In this document: positions 10,919 through 22,455 of the stretch, in pieces | Layout: the number at the start of each line of letters is the position of its first letter | How positions within the stretch are numbered: position 1 is the stretch's first letter | Source: Oopsacas minuta | Taxonomy: Eukaryota > Animalia > Porifera | NCBI GenBank assembly: GCA_024704765.1 | Contig: JAKMXF010000325.1 | Span: forward strand, 163,171-227,170 | Direction of reading: 5' to 3' | DNA: 64,000 nucleotides | The notes under the pieces: generated by a model | Databases searched by the model: none | Told to the model about the DNA's origin: nothing | The model's input: only the letters and a program-made list of their open reading frames with translations | Translations under genes and position numbers: made by a program

Positions 10919-12039
10919 TATCTATACTCTAAATAAATATTTATTAACAACAGTTAAAACGTGTGCGGCCCGCGTCAATATTCTTGTACAAGCTGTCGCC
11001 CTTTGCAAAAATAGGTTGGACACTCCTGTTCTAGTGTAATATCACCCCACTTTGGTTTCAAGAAGACTGAAAGAAGAGTGAGTACGATCAATACCCAATA
11101 GTTATATGTGCTTATGTGGTATTACTAGGATATATAATTTCATTTAATTTGTAATTGTGATCCTAAGTATTAGTATTATTGTACGAGCATCCAAGCCTGT
11201 GCTGTATTTAGGCATTATTACGCCTGTGTACCAATTATAACTAGACCCCTTTCACCCCTAAAAAAAGAATGAAAGGTTTTTACTATTACAACAAATTCAG
11301 ATTGGAATTTTGCGAGCTATTCAAGCTCCTGCAAAATCAACTATCAAATCTTTAATATCGATGCTATCTAGTATTTCATTTCCAATATTTCATGAGGCTT
11401 AGCGTCATAAAACTCAAATACTGGATTTTGTCATAAATTGACTATAATTTTTCTGGTTGAAATACACTCACTAACAGTTCGGGGAAAGTTAGACAATACT
11501 TTAAAGGAAAATTCTTCACAACAATCCTAATATAGTCAGACTAAATACACAAATCCAACCATTTAAGCTGGCATATTCACTAATCCGCGTCCCTCAAGAG
11601 TCAAGAATATCTTTAATGTATCGTCCAGTGCTAGTGCTCACATTTAGGACAAATTCCAGTGTATTTGAGTTTTTGGGAAAATTCTGTAACTATTTAGTAC
11701 AGATTCCAGCTGTCCCTGAGGGCTTAGACTGTACAATGAGCAACTTATAAGATAACAACTTAATACCAGTACTTTATTAAGGGGCGTACGGTCCATAAGA
11801 AACGTGAGGAGGGTATTCAGAGCATGCGAAAACAGTTTTATTAAAATTCTACTGTCTCTACATAGCATTATTATAAAGAAGGTGGAGCTGTATTCAGAGA
11901 ATAGGGTGGATGCATTGTATAAACAAGTCATTGAGATTGATTTAATCCTCAGAATTATTACTAATCAATTAATCATTCTAACACTAAATCAAATATTACC
12001 CTAAAGATCTACAAACTACTAACTAAATTAAGCTAACAA

Positions 12040-13668
12040 CTAATCTTCATCCCAATTCTTATTAGCTGGTGGTTTAGGACCTCCTGCTGCTTTAGACATA
12101 ATAATCTGGTCTATACGTAGAATAGTAGTAGCAGCTTGTGTAGCTAGCTTTATCGCCCATTCCTTGGTAATTAGTAGATCTAGTATCTTCTCAGAGAGAG
12201 CATCTACTATCCCACCGGTCATAACATTAATACCCTGATTTACCTGTCCTTTCTGATGCGCTACCAGGAGTTTTGATAGGATATCGGGGCCTTTGTACCC
12301 TGCATTCTCTGCAATAGCCCGTGGAAGTGATTCTAACGCTTCTGCATACTTCTTAACAGCGTATTGGTCTAATCCAGGACATGTATCGGCATAGGAAGCT
12401 AGTTTCTTAGCTAGCTCTACTTCAGTAGCTCCAGCCCCGGGTAGCAAACGTCCGTCTCGTGTGATTGCTTTGAAACAATTGACTGTATCGTTTATCCCTC
12501 TCTCTACTTCATCAAGGAGATTATCGGTAGCCCCGCGGATTACTAGAGTACCAATTTTACTGTCTCCAACTGCTTGTTCAAAAACTACAACATGAGTAGC
12601 ACCGATCTCTTTAATGTAGACACTCCCGCAACTACCACAATCATCTTGAGTAGGAGTTACTATCCTAGGTAATGCTGTACACCCAACTATGCTACAAATA
12701 CGTCTCATATCAAACTTAGATACAAATCGTAGAGCCATTATGTTGTATTTATTCAGGTAGTGTAGTGAAATATCTCCTACCTTCCCTCCTGACACTACTA
12801 CGTTAACTCCAGCCTCTGATAATGATATCACTAGTTTCTCAACAGCCTCTTCTTCCCCCTGACTATATCCAGATAACTCGTTAGCTGATGTTATTAATAC
12901 GGTGCCTTTAGTCTCAGTACTGGGAGAATCGAAAGGACAGCTGTATACAACTACTTTAGCATTCTCTACAGAGGAGATATCTCCTTCTACGCCACGTTTG
13001 AAAAGCATACCACTGACTTGGAATGAATCTCTTACCCCAGCACCGGGTATCTTCACTATACGTACACAGTCTACGTCAAAATTCTTAGGATTCTCTGGGA
13101 GAATAGAGATACAACAATCAGCAATGAGACCGGAGAGGAAATCTTGATAAGGGAACTGTTTAGAAGCTATTGAAGACCTCAATGCTCTAGAAACAACTTC
13201 TTTATCTCGGATATTCTCAACAGTGAACACAGAAAGATTACCCAGTAGTTCAAGCACACGTTTACAAGCTCTATCATATCCATCTAGTATATCAGAAGAG
13301 GAGAGACCAGCTCTGATCAGCTCTTCCGCGCCCTCCAGCAAACTACCAGCTAACATCAGTACCATGTTAGTACCATCACCAACTTCCTTCTCCATCTGCT
13401 GGGCAGCTATCACCATCAGCTTAGCTGCTGGATGTTGTATTTCTACTTCGTTTACTATTGTTGCAGCGTCTTTTGTTACGAATAACTTTTCTAAATGATT
13501 CACCACCATCTTACTCATGCCAATAGGACCATATGATGTCCTGATCAGGTCACTCAGGTCCGTACATGCCTCGATATTTCGTAGAAGAGATTCGTCAGTT
13601 CCTGAGAAGTGACGAGCTCCATCCTTTAAGAGAGTGGAGAATCCTGATTTAGCTACATGTAGAGCCAT
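12040..13668 (-). CDS. CCT8: T-complex protein 1 subunit theta (CCT8), single exon, 542 aa
   Basis: MALHVAKSGFSTLLKDGARHFSG, YGPIGMSKMVVNHLEKLFVTKDAATI, EVGDGTN, LLPGAGATE, TILRIDQIIMSKAAGGPK. True ATG at 13668; the ORF track extends to a TTG at 13692. Confidence 0.97.
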   Translation of the reverse strand: MALHVAKSGFSTLLKDGARHFSGTDESLLRNIEACTDLSDLIRTSYGPIGMSKMVVNHLEKLFVTKDAATIVNEVEIQHPAAKLMVIAAQQMEKEVGDGTNMVLMLAGSLLEGAEELIRAGLSSSDILDGYDRACKRVLELLGNLSVFTVENIRDKEVVSRALRSSIASKQFPYQDFLSGLIADCCISILPENPKNFDVDCVRIVKIPGAGVRDSFQVSGMLFKRGVEGDISSVENAKVVVYSCPFDSPSTETKGTVLITSANELSGYSQGEEEAVEKLVISLSEAGVNVVVSGGKVGDISLHYLNKYNIMALRFVSKFDMRRICSIVGCTALPRIVTPTQDDCGSCGSVYIKEIGATHVVVFEQAVGDSKIGTLVIRGATDNLLDEVERGINDTVNCFKAITRDGRLLPGAGATEVELAKKLASYADTCPGLDQYAVKKYAEALESLPRAIAENAGYKGPDILSKLLVAHQKGQVNQGINVMTGGIVDALSEKILDLLITKEWAIKLATQAATTILRIDQIIMSKAAGGPKPPANKNWDED

Positions 13669-13773
13669 GTATTTAACCTGGAAAGTAGACAAATATAGTC
13701 AATATATAAATAAGTGCGAGACGAGGTACAAGAAATTTGGGAATTTTAATATAAGTTAAAATTAACACAGTGT

Positions 13774-14067
13774 CAGAGGATTAAGCCCTCCTCATTTTTG
13801 GAGCGCGCTCCCACCTCCGCTCCTTACTCAGAAAAGGAGTGCACTCCGGCTCCCGCTCTAGGACTCCAATCGCGCTCCTTTTCATCCTTTCAGATTTACA
13901 TTATATTTGTATTTTAAGTAATCAGGATTGAAATTAACCATTGTACACATTCGGGAAATTGCTCCACCTTCCGCTCCTGAATCATAAATGGACTGCACTC
14001 CAGGTCCCACTCCTTAAATAGGCGCACCCGAGAGCCTCTCTTAGGAGCGCGCTCCATTAATGCTCTG
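13774..14067. mobile_element. hAT-type MITE (family also at 51415-51740)
   Basis: TIRs CAGAGGATTAA / TTAATGCTCTG; 8-bp TSD CACAGTGT / CACAGCGT; GGAGCGCGCTCC core shared with the 51415 copy. Confidence 0.8.
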
Positions 14068-15320
14068 CACAGCGTACATCCCATTCTTGAATATTGTTGT
14101 TAATATACACTCGAACCGGTTTGGAAAATGCACTGGAATAACTAATATTAAAGAAAAGGTTTTCTACTGAGTGTCTGTAGCCGTTACATAAGCTAGTATG
14201 GGCCAAGAAATATGGGTAATATATTAAGTTAAATACAGCTGACCCAGGATAATTGAAATAAAGTCACGCAGCTTAATTAATAGAGTCACTTCGGGATCAG
14301 GATATTTTGGCCTGATTAAGTGGAATAAAGGTATTAACCCCATTAACAAGAGCAATGTAACAGTATTTGAATGGGTCTGTCTTAGCCAAGTGATCTGATT
14401 AATCGGTGCACAAGCTTAACGGCGGTTGCTCTATTAAGCCGAGTTTACTGTATATTCATTTCTGGAAATTAGCCAAATTAAGCGTTCTCGATTTACCGAA
14501 TATGTTTACCCCATAAATATGATTATCCCTATAGGATGTGTCTGAAACCACTCTGGATTCTTCCAAGAAATTGTCCCGATTAACGGAGTCAACTCTATTC
14601 CTCCAGGATCTACAGTAGATATTGGATATAGTGAGATTGTTGTTTATTTAGATGTGTCTCCTTTCGTGGATATCTTATATAAATATATTAGTATTATTAT
14701 CGTAATAAAATGAATATTTGGAGATTGACATTACAAACAATCGAATAATCTCATACAAATGAAAGAAGTATACACAAGGCTGCGAAACATATACTTATAC
14801 AATATCTATCAGGTTGACTACTAATATCTACCTATTAATTGCTCTTTACTTAATATTAGATGCCGTCTCCCGCCGATGTTTAATAGAAAATCATGGATGA
14901 GAAAAGAGGAATTACTTTATATGGCCTTGAGAATTTAGCTACAAAGTTCGTATTTAGTGGCAGATTTACTACGTATATTCAATATATACCCTATCCCTAT
15001 ATAGCTATATTTATACTAAATAAGTGGCGTCCCTAATTCACGAAACGGAACAGACAAGTTTTCTCGAAGAAATATCGAATTTGTTGCTTGTTGTACATTT
15101 GGCCTTGTAAATCACTGAATATAGTATCGTGACTGGTGTTAAGCATTTGTTTTGACTTTCATGTTGGTGGTAATCTATTTTCTCAATTTTGTACAAATCA
15201 ATAAAATATCTAGTAATACCTCATGAACAACTTTTAGTCAATTTAATCGCGAATATTATATGGACAACCTTTCGGTTGCTACCTCCCTTTAGGCAAGAAA
15301 AGGAGAAATTGTGAGAAGGA

Positions 15321-15490
15321 ACTTTCTAGACGGAATTACTTTAATATTGTAAAAATGGATATAAATTTGACATATTGATTACCATGAAAGTGAAACGTCA
15401 TAACAAATGCTTGACTACTGTTCTTCTACATTAGCTGTGATTTTCAAGGTCAAATATATGTCAGCTACAAATTTGAAATTTCTTTAAGAA
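15321..15490 (+). repeat. Interspersed ~170-bp repeat, copy 1 (copy 2 at ~19864-20027)
   Basis: Shared TTCTAGACGGAATTACTT...ATTGTAAAAATGGATATAAATTTGACATATTGATTA...CAAGGTCAAATAT...CTTTAAGA. Confidence 0.8.
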
Positions 15491-15600
15491 AAACTTGTCA
15501 GTTGCGTTCCGGGAACTATGGAAGCCCTAAATAAGTTCAGAATAATATAACACCGATTCTATACATACTAAAGGTACATACACACAACAGGTAAACTATA

Positions 15601-16080
15601 CTAAGAAAACCCTAATTCCTCTAACACAGCATGTGTACGAGTCTCAGCATCATCTGCCATCATCTCCTGACACTGAATAGCTTTCAAAACATGACTCTTA
15701 CTAGTCTCCTGCACAATACCTCCTAACAACAGCTCATCCAGCATAAAGTAAGCCTTCTCGAAGTTGAATATAACATCTAGCTCGCATACACTACCGAAGA
15801 ACTTATCTAGTAATTCTACAAACCTGTGTATTATCTCTAGAGCTAGCAATTCGTTGTCTTCTTTGTCGATAGCACAACAGAAGAATAGACTAGCATATCT
15901 CCTGTATACTATCTTCTTATCTCTGTACTCAAGGAAGTTACACATCTTAGATTTACGGGTTAGAATAATGGCTATTAATTCTCGTATTATTTTCTTCTTC
16001 TCCTTAACAGGGAGAGCGCTGTACCATCTCTGTAGACGGAGCTTCCCTTGTCTGCTGAATAGGAGCATAAACTCTATCAT
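15601..16080 (-). CDS. AP1S: AP-1 adaptor complex sigma subunit, single exon, 159 aa
   Basis: [74 protein letters not shown]. Confidence 0.95.
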   Translation of the reverse strand: MIEFMLLFSRQGKLRLQRWYSALPVKEKKKIIRELIAIILTRKSKMCNFLEYRDKKIVYRRYASLFFCCAIDKEDNELLALEIIHRFVELLDKFFGSVCELDVIFNFEKAYFMLDELLLGGIVQETSKSHVLKAIQCQEMMADDAETRTHAVLEELGFS

Positions 16081-16429
16081 TATCTACTGGATAATATAAC
16101 TGTATAGAAGATGAATAGGCATGTATTTGAAATATCAGAGGCAGTTTACAAATTCTGGGAGCCATAGAGTCTAACACATAAGTTTGGGCTGCTAGTCCAC
16201 CCCCAATACATGTATGCTTGAGATACAGTTAATATCACCGAGCTCTCAACTCTCACGATTTCGGCTTTCAACTACTACATACGTATAAACAGATATTGAC
16301 AAATTATTACCATCCATGGTCACTACTGTAATTCAAAAACCTCCTCGTAGTATAAATTACTCATAACAGAGCGTTAACTCGTCGCTTCGCGGTCAACTCA
16401 GCAATTGAAAGTTGACCTGTCCTGTATTA

Positions 16430-16640
16430 TCCAAATTAATGGCCAATATGAAATCTCAGTTTGTCTGTTTGTTCGTTGTCTAGGAAAGGATATACAGTAT
16501 GCTGTCTGAGTTCGAATTTCGCGATTCGAAGATTTAGTTGAAAAATGTATATATGTCACCGAAGATATTGAGAATCCGCGAAATCTCAATTTCGTCGGTA
16601 AGATATAAGCTCCATATGAATATGTAATTGTATTCCTGAA
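16430..16640 (-). repeat. Helitron-like repeat end with (CAAA/CAGA)n microsatellite, related to ~60950-61135
   Basis: The reverse complement ATCCTTTCCTAGACAACGAACAAACAGACAAACTGAGATTT matches ATCCTTTCCTTGACAACGGACAAACAAAC...TGAGATTT at ~61065-61125. Confidence 0.5.
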
Positions 16641-16817
16641 GTGATATATTTTGCTTCTTTCCCAAAACATTAATGCATCTCCATTAACATAAGTATAATT
16701 TTAGAGAAATAAAATGCAGAAATATCCAAAAAGTATACGAATATGAAGTATATTATGTAAGTGTAACAGGGATGCAAAGAATAAATAGATAAAATCGAGT
16801 GAGAATAGTGTATAATA

Positions 16818-19190
16818 CTACAGATGTGTCATGTATTTACTGCCCATCTTTTTAGCTACAGACAGAAAATACAGTTTGTCAGTAGTTTCCTCATAAATGC
16901 GTTTATTGAGATGGAAAATCTCATCATTCTTCTTAGAAAGAGTCCTGCCTAGAGCTGCTATTATAATGATCATAATACTGAATACAGGTAATGCAAGAGG
17001 AGAGTTTATAAAGTCAGCTACAAGCCATTGTACTGGGTTAGTGTTGTTACTACCTTGAAGAGGAATACTAACCCGTGTTAGGGAGGAGAGAGTATTGAGC
17101 TGGTCAGTGAACAGAGAATATACAGTTGTTCGCCCTCTGAATGGCGAGCAGCCTGCACTGGGAGTGAAGCCAAATATAGGCAGAATTAGGAGTAGAAATG
17201 TAAAAGCGAACATTAGAATCAAAATAAAGTTGTAGAATAGGAATGAATTTGCTGAATAATATATCTGTGAGACATCAAACTTTATAAAACTCAGAGTGGA
17301 GAATGACATCACAATGAATAGTAAAATGAAACCTAAAAATCCCATTAAACTTAACCAAGGACAGAAGAAGAGCCCGAGCCATAGCAACGCTTGTATGTAA
17401 ATGATATTCATTACACGTGTGGGAATGTTAAAATTCGGTCCTTCAATTACAAAGTCAATAGCTTTCATTATTTTATTGGGAATACATTTCCAAGTGTGTA
17501 ATTCTCCAAGTACAAGCGTTGAAATGATACGTCGTAAAGCTAGATAGATCGCATAAACGAATATAGAAGCTATCAACGCGAACAGAGCTTGTCGATAGAA
17601 CACCTGACCATATTGAGTTTCCCAGCAGTCCTCACCACCTGTACTCAGTATATACACACTCAATAGATCAATTGATATAGCTGTTATAGCGACTAGACGT
17701 ACTAACACAATACGAATCAAGGTGATGAATACCTGCACACTCTGTTTATGATAGAACTCTAGCTTAGAAATGAGAGGGAAGATGAAATCTAAAACAGCCT
17801 GCACGAGTAGAACTATTACAGGAGATATTATTGTACGCCAGCTCTCTGTAGATGCACACTCATCACTGATAATGTTTAGAAAGTTACATAGCGGAGATAT
17901 AACTATAAGAGAACAGCCAACTAATAGCAATATAATTGTCAGGGACCAGGTGAATGCTCTCCATAGATAAATCAACAGGAGATACTTCCATGTCCTAGTG
18001 TCATGTCTCTCTACAAACTCACGATGCATCTCTGTCAAGCTGATAAGATTAGCTTTCAACTTTCTCTTTGCAGAAATGGGTTTAGTAATGTTATAGTCCC
18101 AAGAACTGAAAATGAAAGCAGCGAATTGAAGACCAGGTTCTAGCTTAAGGCCTGAAAATAGCAGTAACGAATCTCCCACCCAGCGAGCCAGTAATATAGT
18201 AACAACAAGCAGAATAGTAAAGTAAGCGTAGAGGTAAGCTGATGGCATGTGGTAGCCGTATAAAGTTGTACTAGCAATAGGATTAATGTGTTCTGATGAG
18301 TATCGACCGATAAAAACAGGAGAATTCGTGAACCAACCTCCACCAGTTATTATAGGTATCACGAAATCATCGAAAACACAAGAAATCTCAGCTTTATTCT
18401 GTGTAGCAACACAAGTATCGATAATGTCTCTAGTGGAAGCGAGCGAGTAATCGCTAGGATTTTCTCCCAATAATTGAGGTACTATAACAAATGCCCCCTG
18501 CAATAATAGAATAATGAAATTCATCCAAATCAAATGCTTGAGTAAGAGGAAATATGACGCAATAGCAGAGCCAAATGTATTCTCTATCTTCTTCAATGCA
18601 TACTTTGAGATATCAAAAAAGGAAATTACATTTCTGATTGAGCTCTTTACCATTTTGAGCCTAACTTTCCTTAGTTTCTCGTTGCTATCATCGATATATC
18701 TCCTGAAGCCTGATCTGCTATGTGGTGTGTATCTCCTACGTAACTTTATGCCTTGAGTGTATGTATGATCTTCCATCTTGCTGGTAGCTCGTCTCAATTC
18801 TATACTGACATCTTGTGATGAGACTAGAGATTTTCTGTGGTGAGGCTCTTCAGTAATGTTACTTAAACGAGAGACCTGGGGTTCTCTGTTCTCCTCAAGG
18901 TGAGCTAACTCATCGTCATCTATATTCACTAATCTCATTACGTTTCTAGTGAGGCGTCTATGTATTGGCTCTTTGTCCTCGTCTAGACACAGGAAGAGAT
19001 CCATTGTTTTTGCATGTTTGGACTTAAACAATGCTTTTCTCACATTCTTCAGATCAGGACTACGTTCTTCATAATGTGTAGCCTTGCTAGGAGCCTCCAA
19101 TAGACATTCCAAAAGAGCATCTGGCGATTTTGATAAGCTTGGATTGAGAGTACCTACAATTTCGCATTCATCATTATTACAGAATGCCAT
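16818..19190 (-). CDS. TMC: Transmembrane channel-like (TMC) protein, single exon, 790 aa
   Basis: KKIENTFGSAIASYFLLLKHLIWMN, GGGWFTNSPVFIGRY, FIFSSWDYNI, CWETQYGQVFYR, FNIPTRVMNIIYIQALLWLGLFFCPWL, PSAGCSPFRG; about 10 hydrophobic segments. Paralogue not assignable. Confidence 0.93.
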   Translation of the reverse strand: MAFCNNDECEIVGTLNPSLSKSPDALLECLLEAPSKATHYEERSPDLKNVRKALFKSKHAKTMDLFLCLDEDKEPIHRRLTRNVMRLVNIDDDELAHLEENREPQVSRLSNITEEPHHRKSLVSSQDVSIELRRATSKMEDHTYTQGIKLRRRYTPHSRSGFRRYIDDSNEKLRKVRLKMVKSSIRNVISFFDISKYALKKIENTFGSAIASYFLLLKHLIWMNFIILLLQGAFVIVPQLLGENPSDYSLASTRDIIDTCVATQNKAEISCVFDDFVIPIITGGGWFTNSPVFIGRYSSEHINPIASTTLYGYHMPSAYLYAYFTILLVVTILLARWVGDSLLLFSGLKLEPGLQFAAFIFSSWDYNITKPISAKRKLKANLISLTEMHREFVERHDTRTWKYLLLIYLWRAFTWSLTIILLLVGCSLIVISPLCNFLNIISDECASTESWRTIISPVIVLLVQAVLDFIFPLISKLEFYHKQSVQVFITLIRIVLVRLVAITAISIDLLSVYILSTGGEDCWETQYGQVFYRQALFALIASIFVYAIYLALRRIISTLVLGELHTWKCIPNKIMKAIDFVIEGPNFNIPTRVMNIIYIQALLWLGLFFCPWLSLMGFLGFILLFIVMSFSTLSFIKFDVSQIYYSANSFLFYNFILILMFAFTFLLLILPIFGFTPSAGCSPFRGRTTVYSLFTDQLNTLSSLTRVSIPLQGSNNTNPVQWLVADFINSPLALPVFSIMIIIIAALGRTLSKKNDEIFHLNKRIYEETTDKLYFLSVAKKMGSKYMTHL

Positions 19191-21385
19191 TCTGTAGGCA
19201 AGTAGAATAAATTATATTCTAATTTAGTAATTGGTGAATTAAAAATAATTGTATTATCCAGGAACACACGTATAATCGTGGTAAAAACACTTAAGCATAG
19301 AAATATCTCAAAAATTATTCACAAATCCCATTAAAATTTTGAAAATTGCAAAATGTACCTCATAATGCCCTCTTCCCGAAAACTATGTATCAGGACAATT
19401 TGTCTATTTTCTCATTAATTAACTGTACTACCGCCTTATCAAAATATAACATCATATTAATGATATTATGCACCCCAAAAGACTAGAAAATGCTGGTACG
19501 TACATGGTTTGCTTTTGTGTATCAGGAAATCCCCGACAAGGGAGCTTAGGTCCCCAATGGGGGGTATAAATTTGTGATATAAATCCTAGAATACTACACT
19601 GTTTTACTAGATAGCGTTCCCCGACGGGGGGCTGTAGCCTCCCCCGCCCCCCCCCTAGCGCCACCCCTGTAGAAAGTCAGAAATAAGAAATAAGAAATTT
19701 ACTTTATATGGCCTTATTTATGTATTAGGTATGAATTAGCGTAATCATAATGCAATTACATTCAACAGGGGTTGAATGGAGAAGAGATTGAGACAAAACA
19801 ATTAAAATAATTAGAAACGATATTTCATAAATATGTGTTATAGACACACTAGACCTAACATAGACTTCTAGACGGAATTACTTAGATATTGTAAAAATGG
19901 ATATAAATTTGACATATTGATTAACATCAAAGTGAAATGTCATACAAATGCTTGACAACTGTTCTACCAATATCCTGTGATTTCAAGGTCAAATATGTGT
20001 CAAGTTACAAATTTGAAATCTTTAAGACAAACAACTTTGGTAAAACATTTGTGTACAGAAAATTTGGTGTGTAATGATTATTTACGAAGCCACTGTAAAT
20101 TTGTGTGCAATTATGAATGGCAGAAGTCAGAAGCATAATACTTTATACGAATGTATATGCCGGGCGGGACGTATACCTTTATGTGTTACGTACAAGTATA
20201 AATCACTATCAAAGTAGCCTAGTAAGTTAGTATGCGAATCCCAGAAAGGAATACAAATTTCGAGGGCCTGTTGGTCAGTGCTGTTATATAGGGGGGCGCG
20301 GGGGGGCATCGCCCCCATACCTTTTTTACTAGGGTGGTCGCTCCTTCTTAGAGGAGGCGCGCTTATTTTTTTGGAGTGAAATCCTGAAAGAACCAAGTTT
20401 AAATTATTGATTTACCACAAGTTGAATATTTCTTTAATAAAACAATAGAATTTGATCTTATCGTGGTATACGTATTATATATTTGTTCTCATTTGTCATT
20501 TTTAGATAATTGTTGTATCATAATTAAAGATTTTTATCTTGCAATGGGCAGAAATAAAGTATTCTTGAGAATTATTTTTCTAAAGTACCCAAAGAAGCTA
20601 CTCAATTGTACATTTTTAGATATTGGATTTTAGTTTTAGTGTTTAGTAAACAAACAAGAATTCGTATCTCTAATAGTAATTTATAGCGCGTATTTTCACT
20701 ATTAATTGCTGAGTAAATTATTAAACTAAGCTGAAATAAATTTGAACGAACATTTAGCGCTCCCTCACTTTAAATTTTGGGATAACAGCACTGCTGTTGG
20801 TGTTATTTGTATAAAAGATTACGTATTTGAGCAAGTTTCCCCGAAATACAGGTCTATCTGATTCAATAACAAAGTATAATTATCTATAATTAGAATAATA
20901 TTGTTTATCTATAATTCCATCAGCAATAAGTCACTATATAACTAATGTCACCATATCCCAGAGATGAAATGTGTCTTAAGATATGTGAGAGTCTAGTAGG
21001 AGCTGAGAGGCCGTAGCAAGATAACATTTCATGCCCTTATAGTTGACCTCATCTCCTCATATACAAATGATGCAACTAGAAATTATGTAAAATCGAATTG
21101 TATTTGAATCATTAATGATGATTTAAACGATAGATAAATATGACAGGTAATTGAACCGAATAGAGTTAGTCAAAGAAACCTATTCGAGTGTTTTAAGATA
21201 GAATAAGTAGGGTATATATAATAGCAAAGGTAAGTATAATCAGATCAAACAATTAAATAAAATGCATTACAAAAGACCCTCGCTAATCCAAACAGTCCAG
21301 CATCAATGAAATAAAATACGTTAAGGATTAGTAATTTGTTAGGAATAGTGATTAGCATTGAAACAATGCTATAAGATTTAGGGGA

Positions 21386-21622
21386 CAACGGTGGATTCCT
21401 GGGGGGGGACGGGGGCAATCCCCCCCCCCAGTTTTCAACATTAGAATAACTGAAATTAAATAGTAAACAAGAAAGAATCAGAAAATATCGAATTGCTGGG
21501 ATATAACTCAACGAATTGTAGTCCTAGTATGTGTACTGTGTAGTATTCTATAATGAAATCAAAATATAGCTCTGATAAGTTCAATTTTGTACCCACAGAA
21601 TTGTTTAAAGAATCCACCACTG
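21386..21622. mobile_element. hAT-type MITE (237 bp); a related, longer and left-truncated copy is at ~62066-62526
   Basis: TIRs CAACGGTGGATTC / GAATCCACCACTG; perfect 8-bp TSD TTAGGGGA. Confidence 0.85.
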
Positions 21623-22455
21623 TTAGGGGAACATATTGAATAAGTTATAAAAACAATAAAAAGAGTCAAAAAGTTGCAAAATCATGTGTAATATACGTAC
21701 TACGCTGCAGTAAATTTTATACAATTAAGTCTTTTTGGCCATTTCAAAAGATTATATAAGTATTATGCCCTGTTTGGATTAGCGAGGTTCTATTACATTA
21801 TTTACATTACAACAGAAAAATAGACCTCTCCGGTCCGGTTTTCATCTATTTTCAGCCTGTGTGTATTGTGGACAATTGCATATAATGGTTTAACCTTTGG
21901 TGAAGGATAGTTAGTTTAGAAGAATGTATTTGGGTCATTATCTTATGGAAAACAAGTTTAAAAGTCTCTATTTGATATGCTAGCTGGAGATGACTCGATT
22001 TATTTTGTTTGTTACATATAAACTTGATTATATACAGTGAATTTAATAGTTTTATGTTGTTTGCCCCTATGATAATGAACTAAGGAAATTGAAAATGTTG
22101 ATTAAACTTCTATAAATTTTCATTTGTAAATCAGGGGCAGTACAATGTGCTGAAATGATGTACATCAAGGCATACCATGGATAGTATTCTGGTTGTGCCA
22201 TCGTGCAAATGTAAGTTGCATACGTAAGAAGATTGCCAATCAGTATTAGATATTGTGTTCTATTTCAGGACGGGACGTATCATATTTGTATTAACTTGGC
22301 CTACCAAAAATCTGGACAATTCAGTGGGTGTAAGTCTCAGTTTGGTGGAACTTAGCGCCCACCAACGACCGAAATAGCGGAACATCTCCCGCAAAAAGCT
22401 GGACTGATTGTAATTAACACTCTTGAATTCATATTTATAGAACCAATCTACTGGG

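Noticed and set aside
12902-13498. Short antisense or alternate-frame ORFs within CCT8 (and likewise within AP1S, TMC, MacroD, PSMD5, CYB5, ZSWIM7 and the 861-aa gene)
   Set aside because: Shadow ORFs of real genes with no independent motifs.
13669-13692. N-terminal extensions given by the ORF track for CCT8 (also ZSWIM7 42251-42352 and 60546-60551)
   Set aside because: They begin at TTG codons; homology and ATG position support the downstream starts.
15321-20027. Composite element or LTR pair carrying AP1S and TMC between ~170-bp direct repeats
   Set aside because: The copies are diverged, with no TG..CA ends, TSD or mobility gene; two insertions of a common repeat are more parsimonious.
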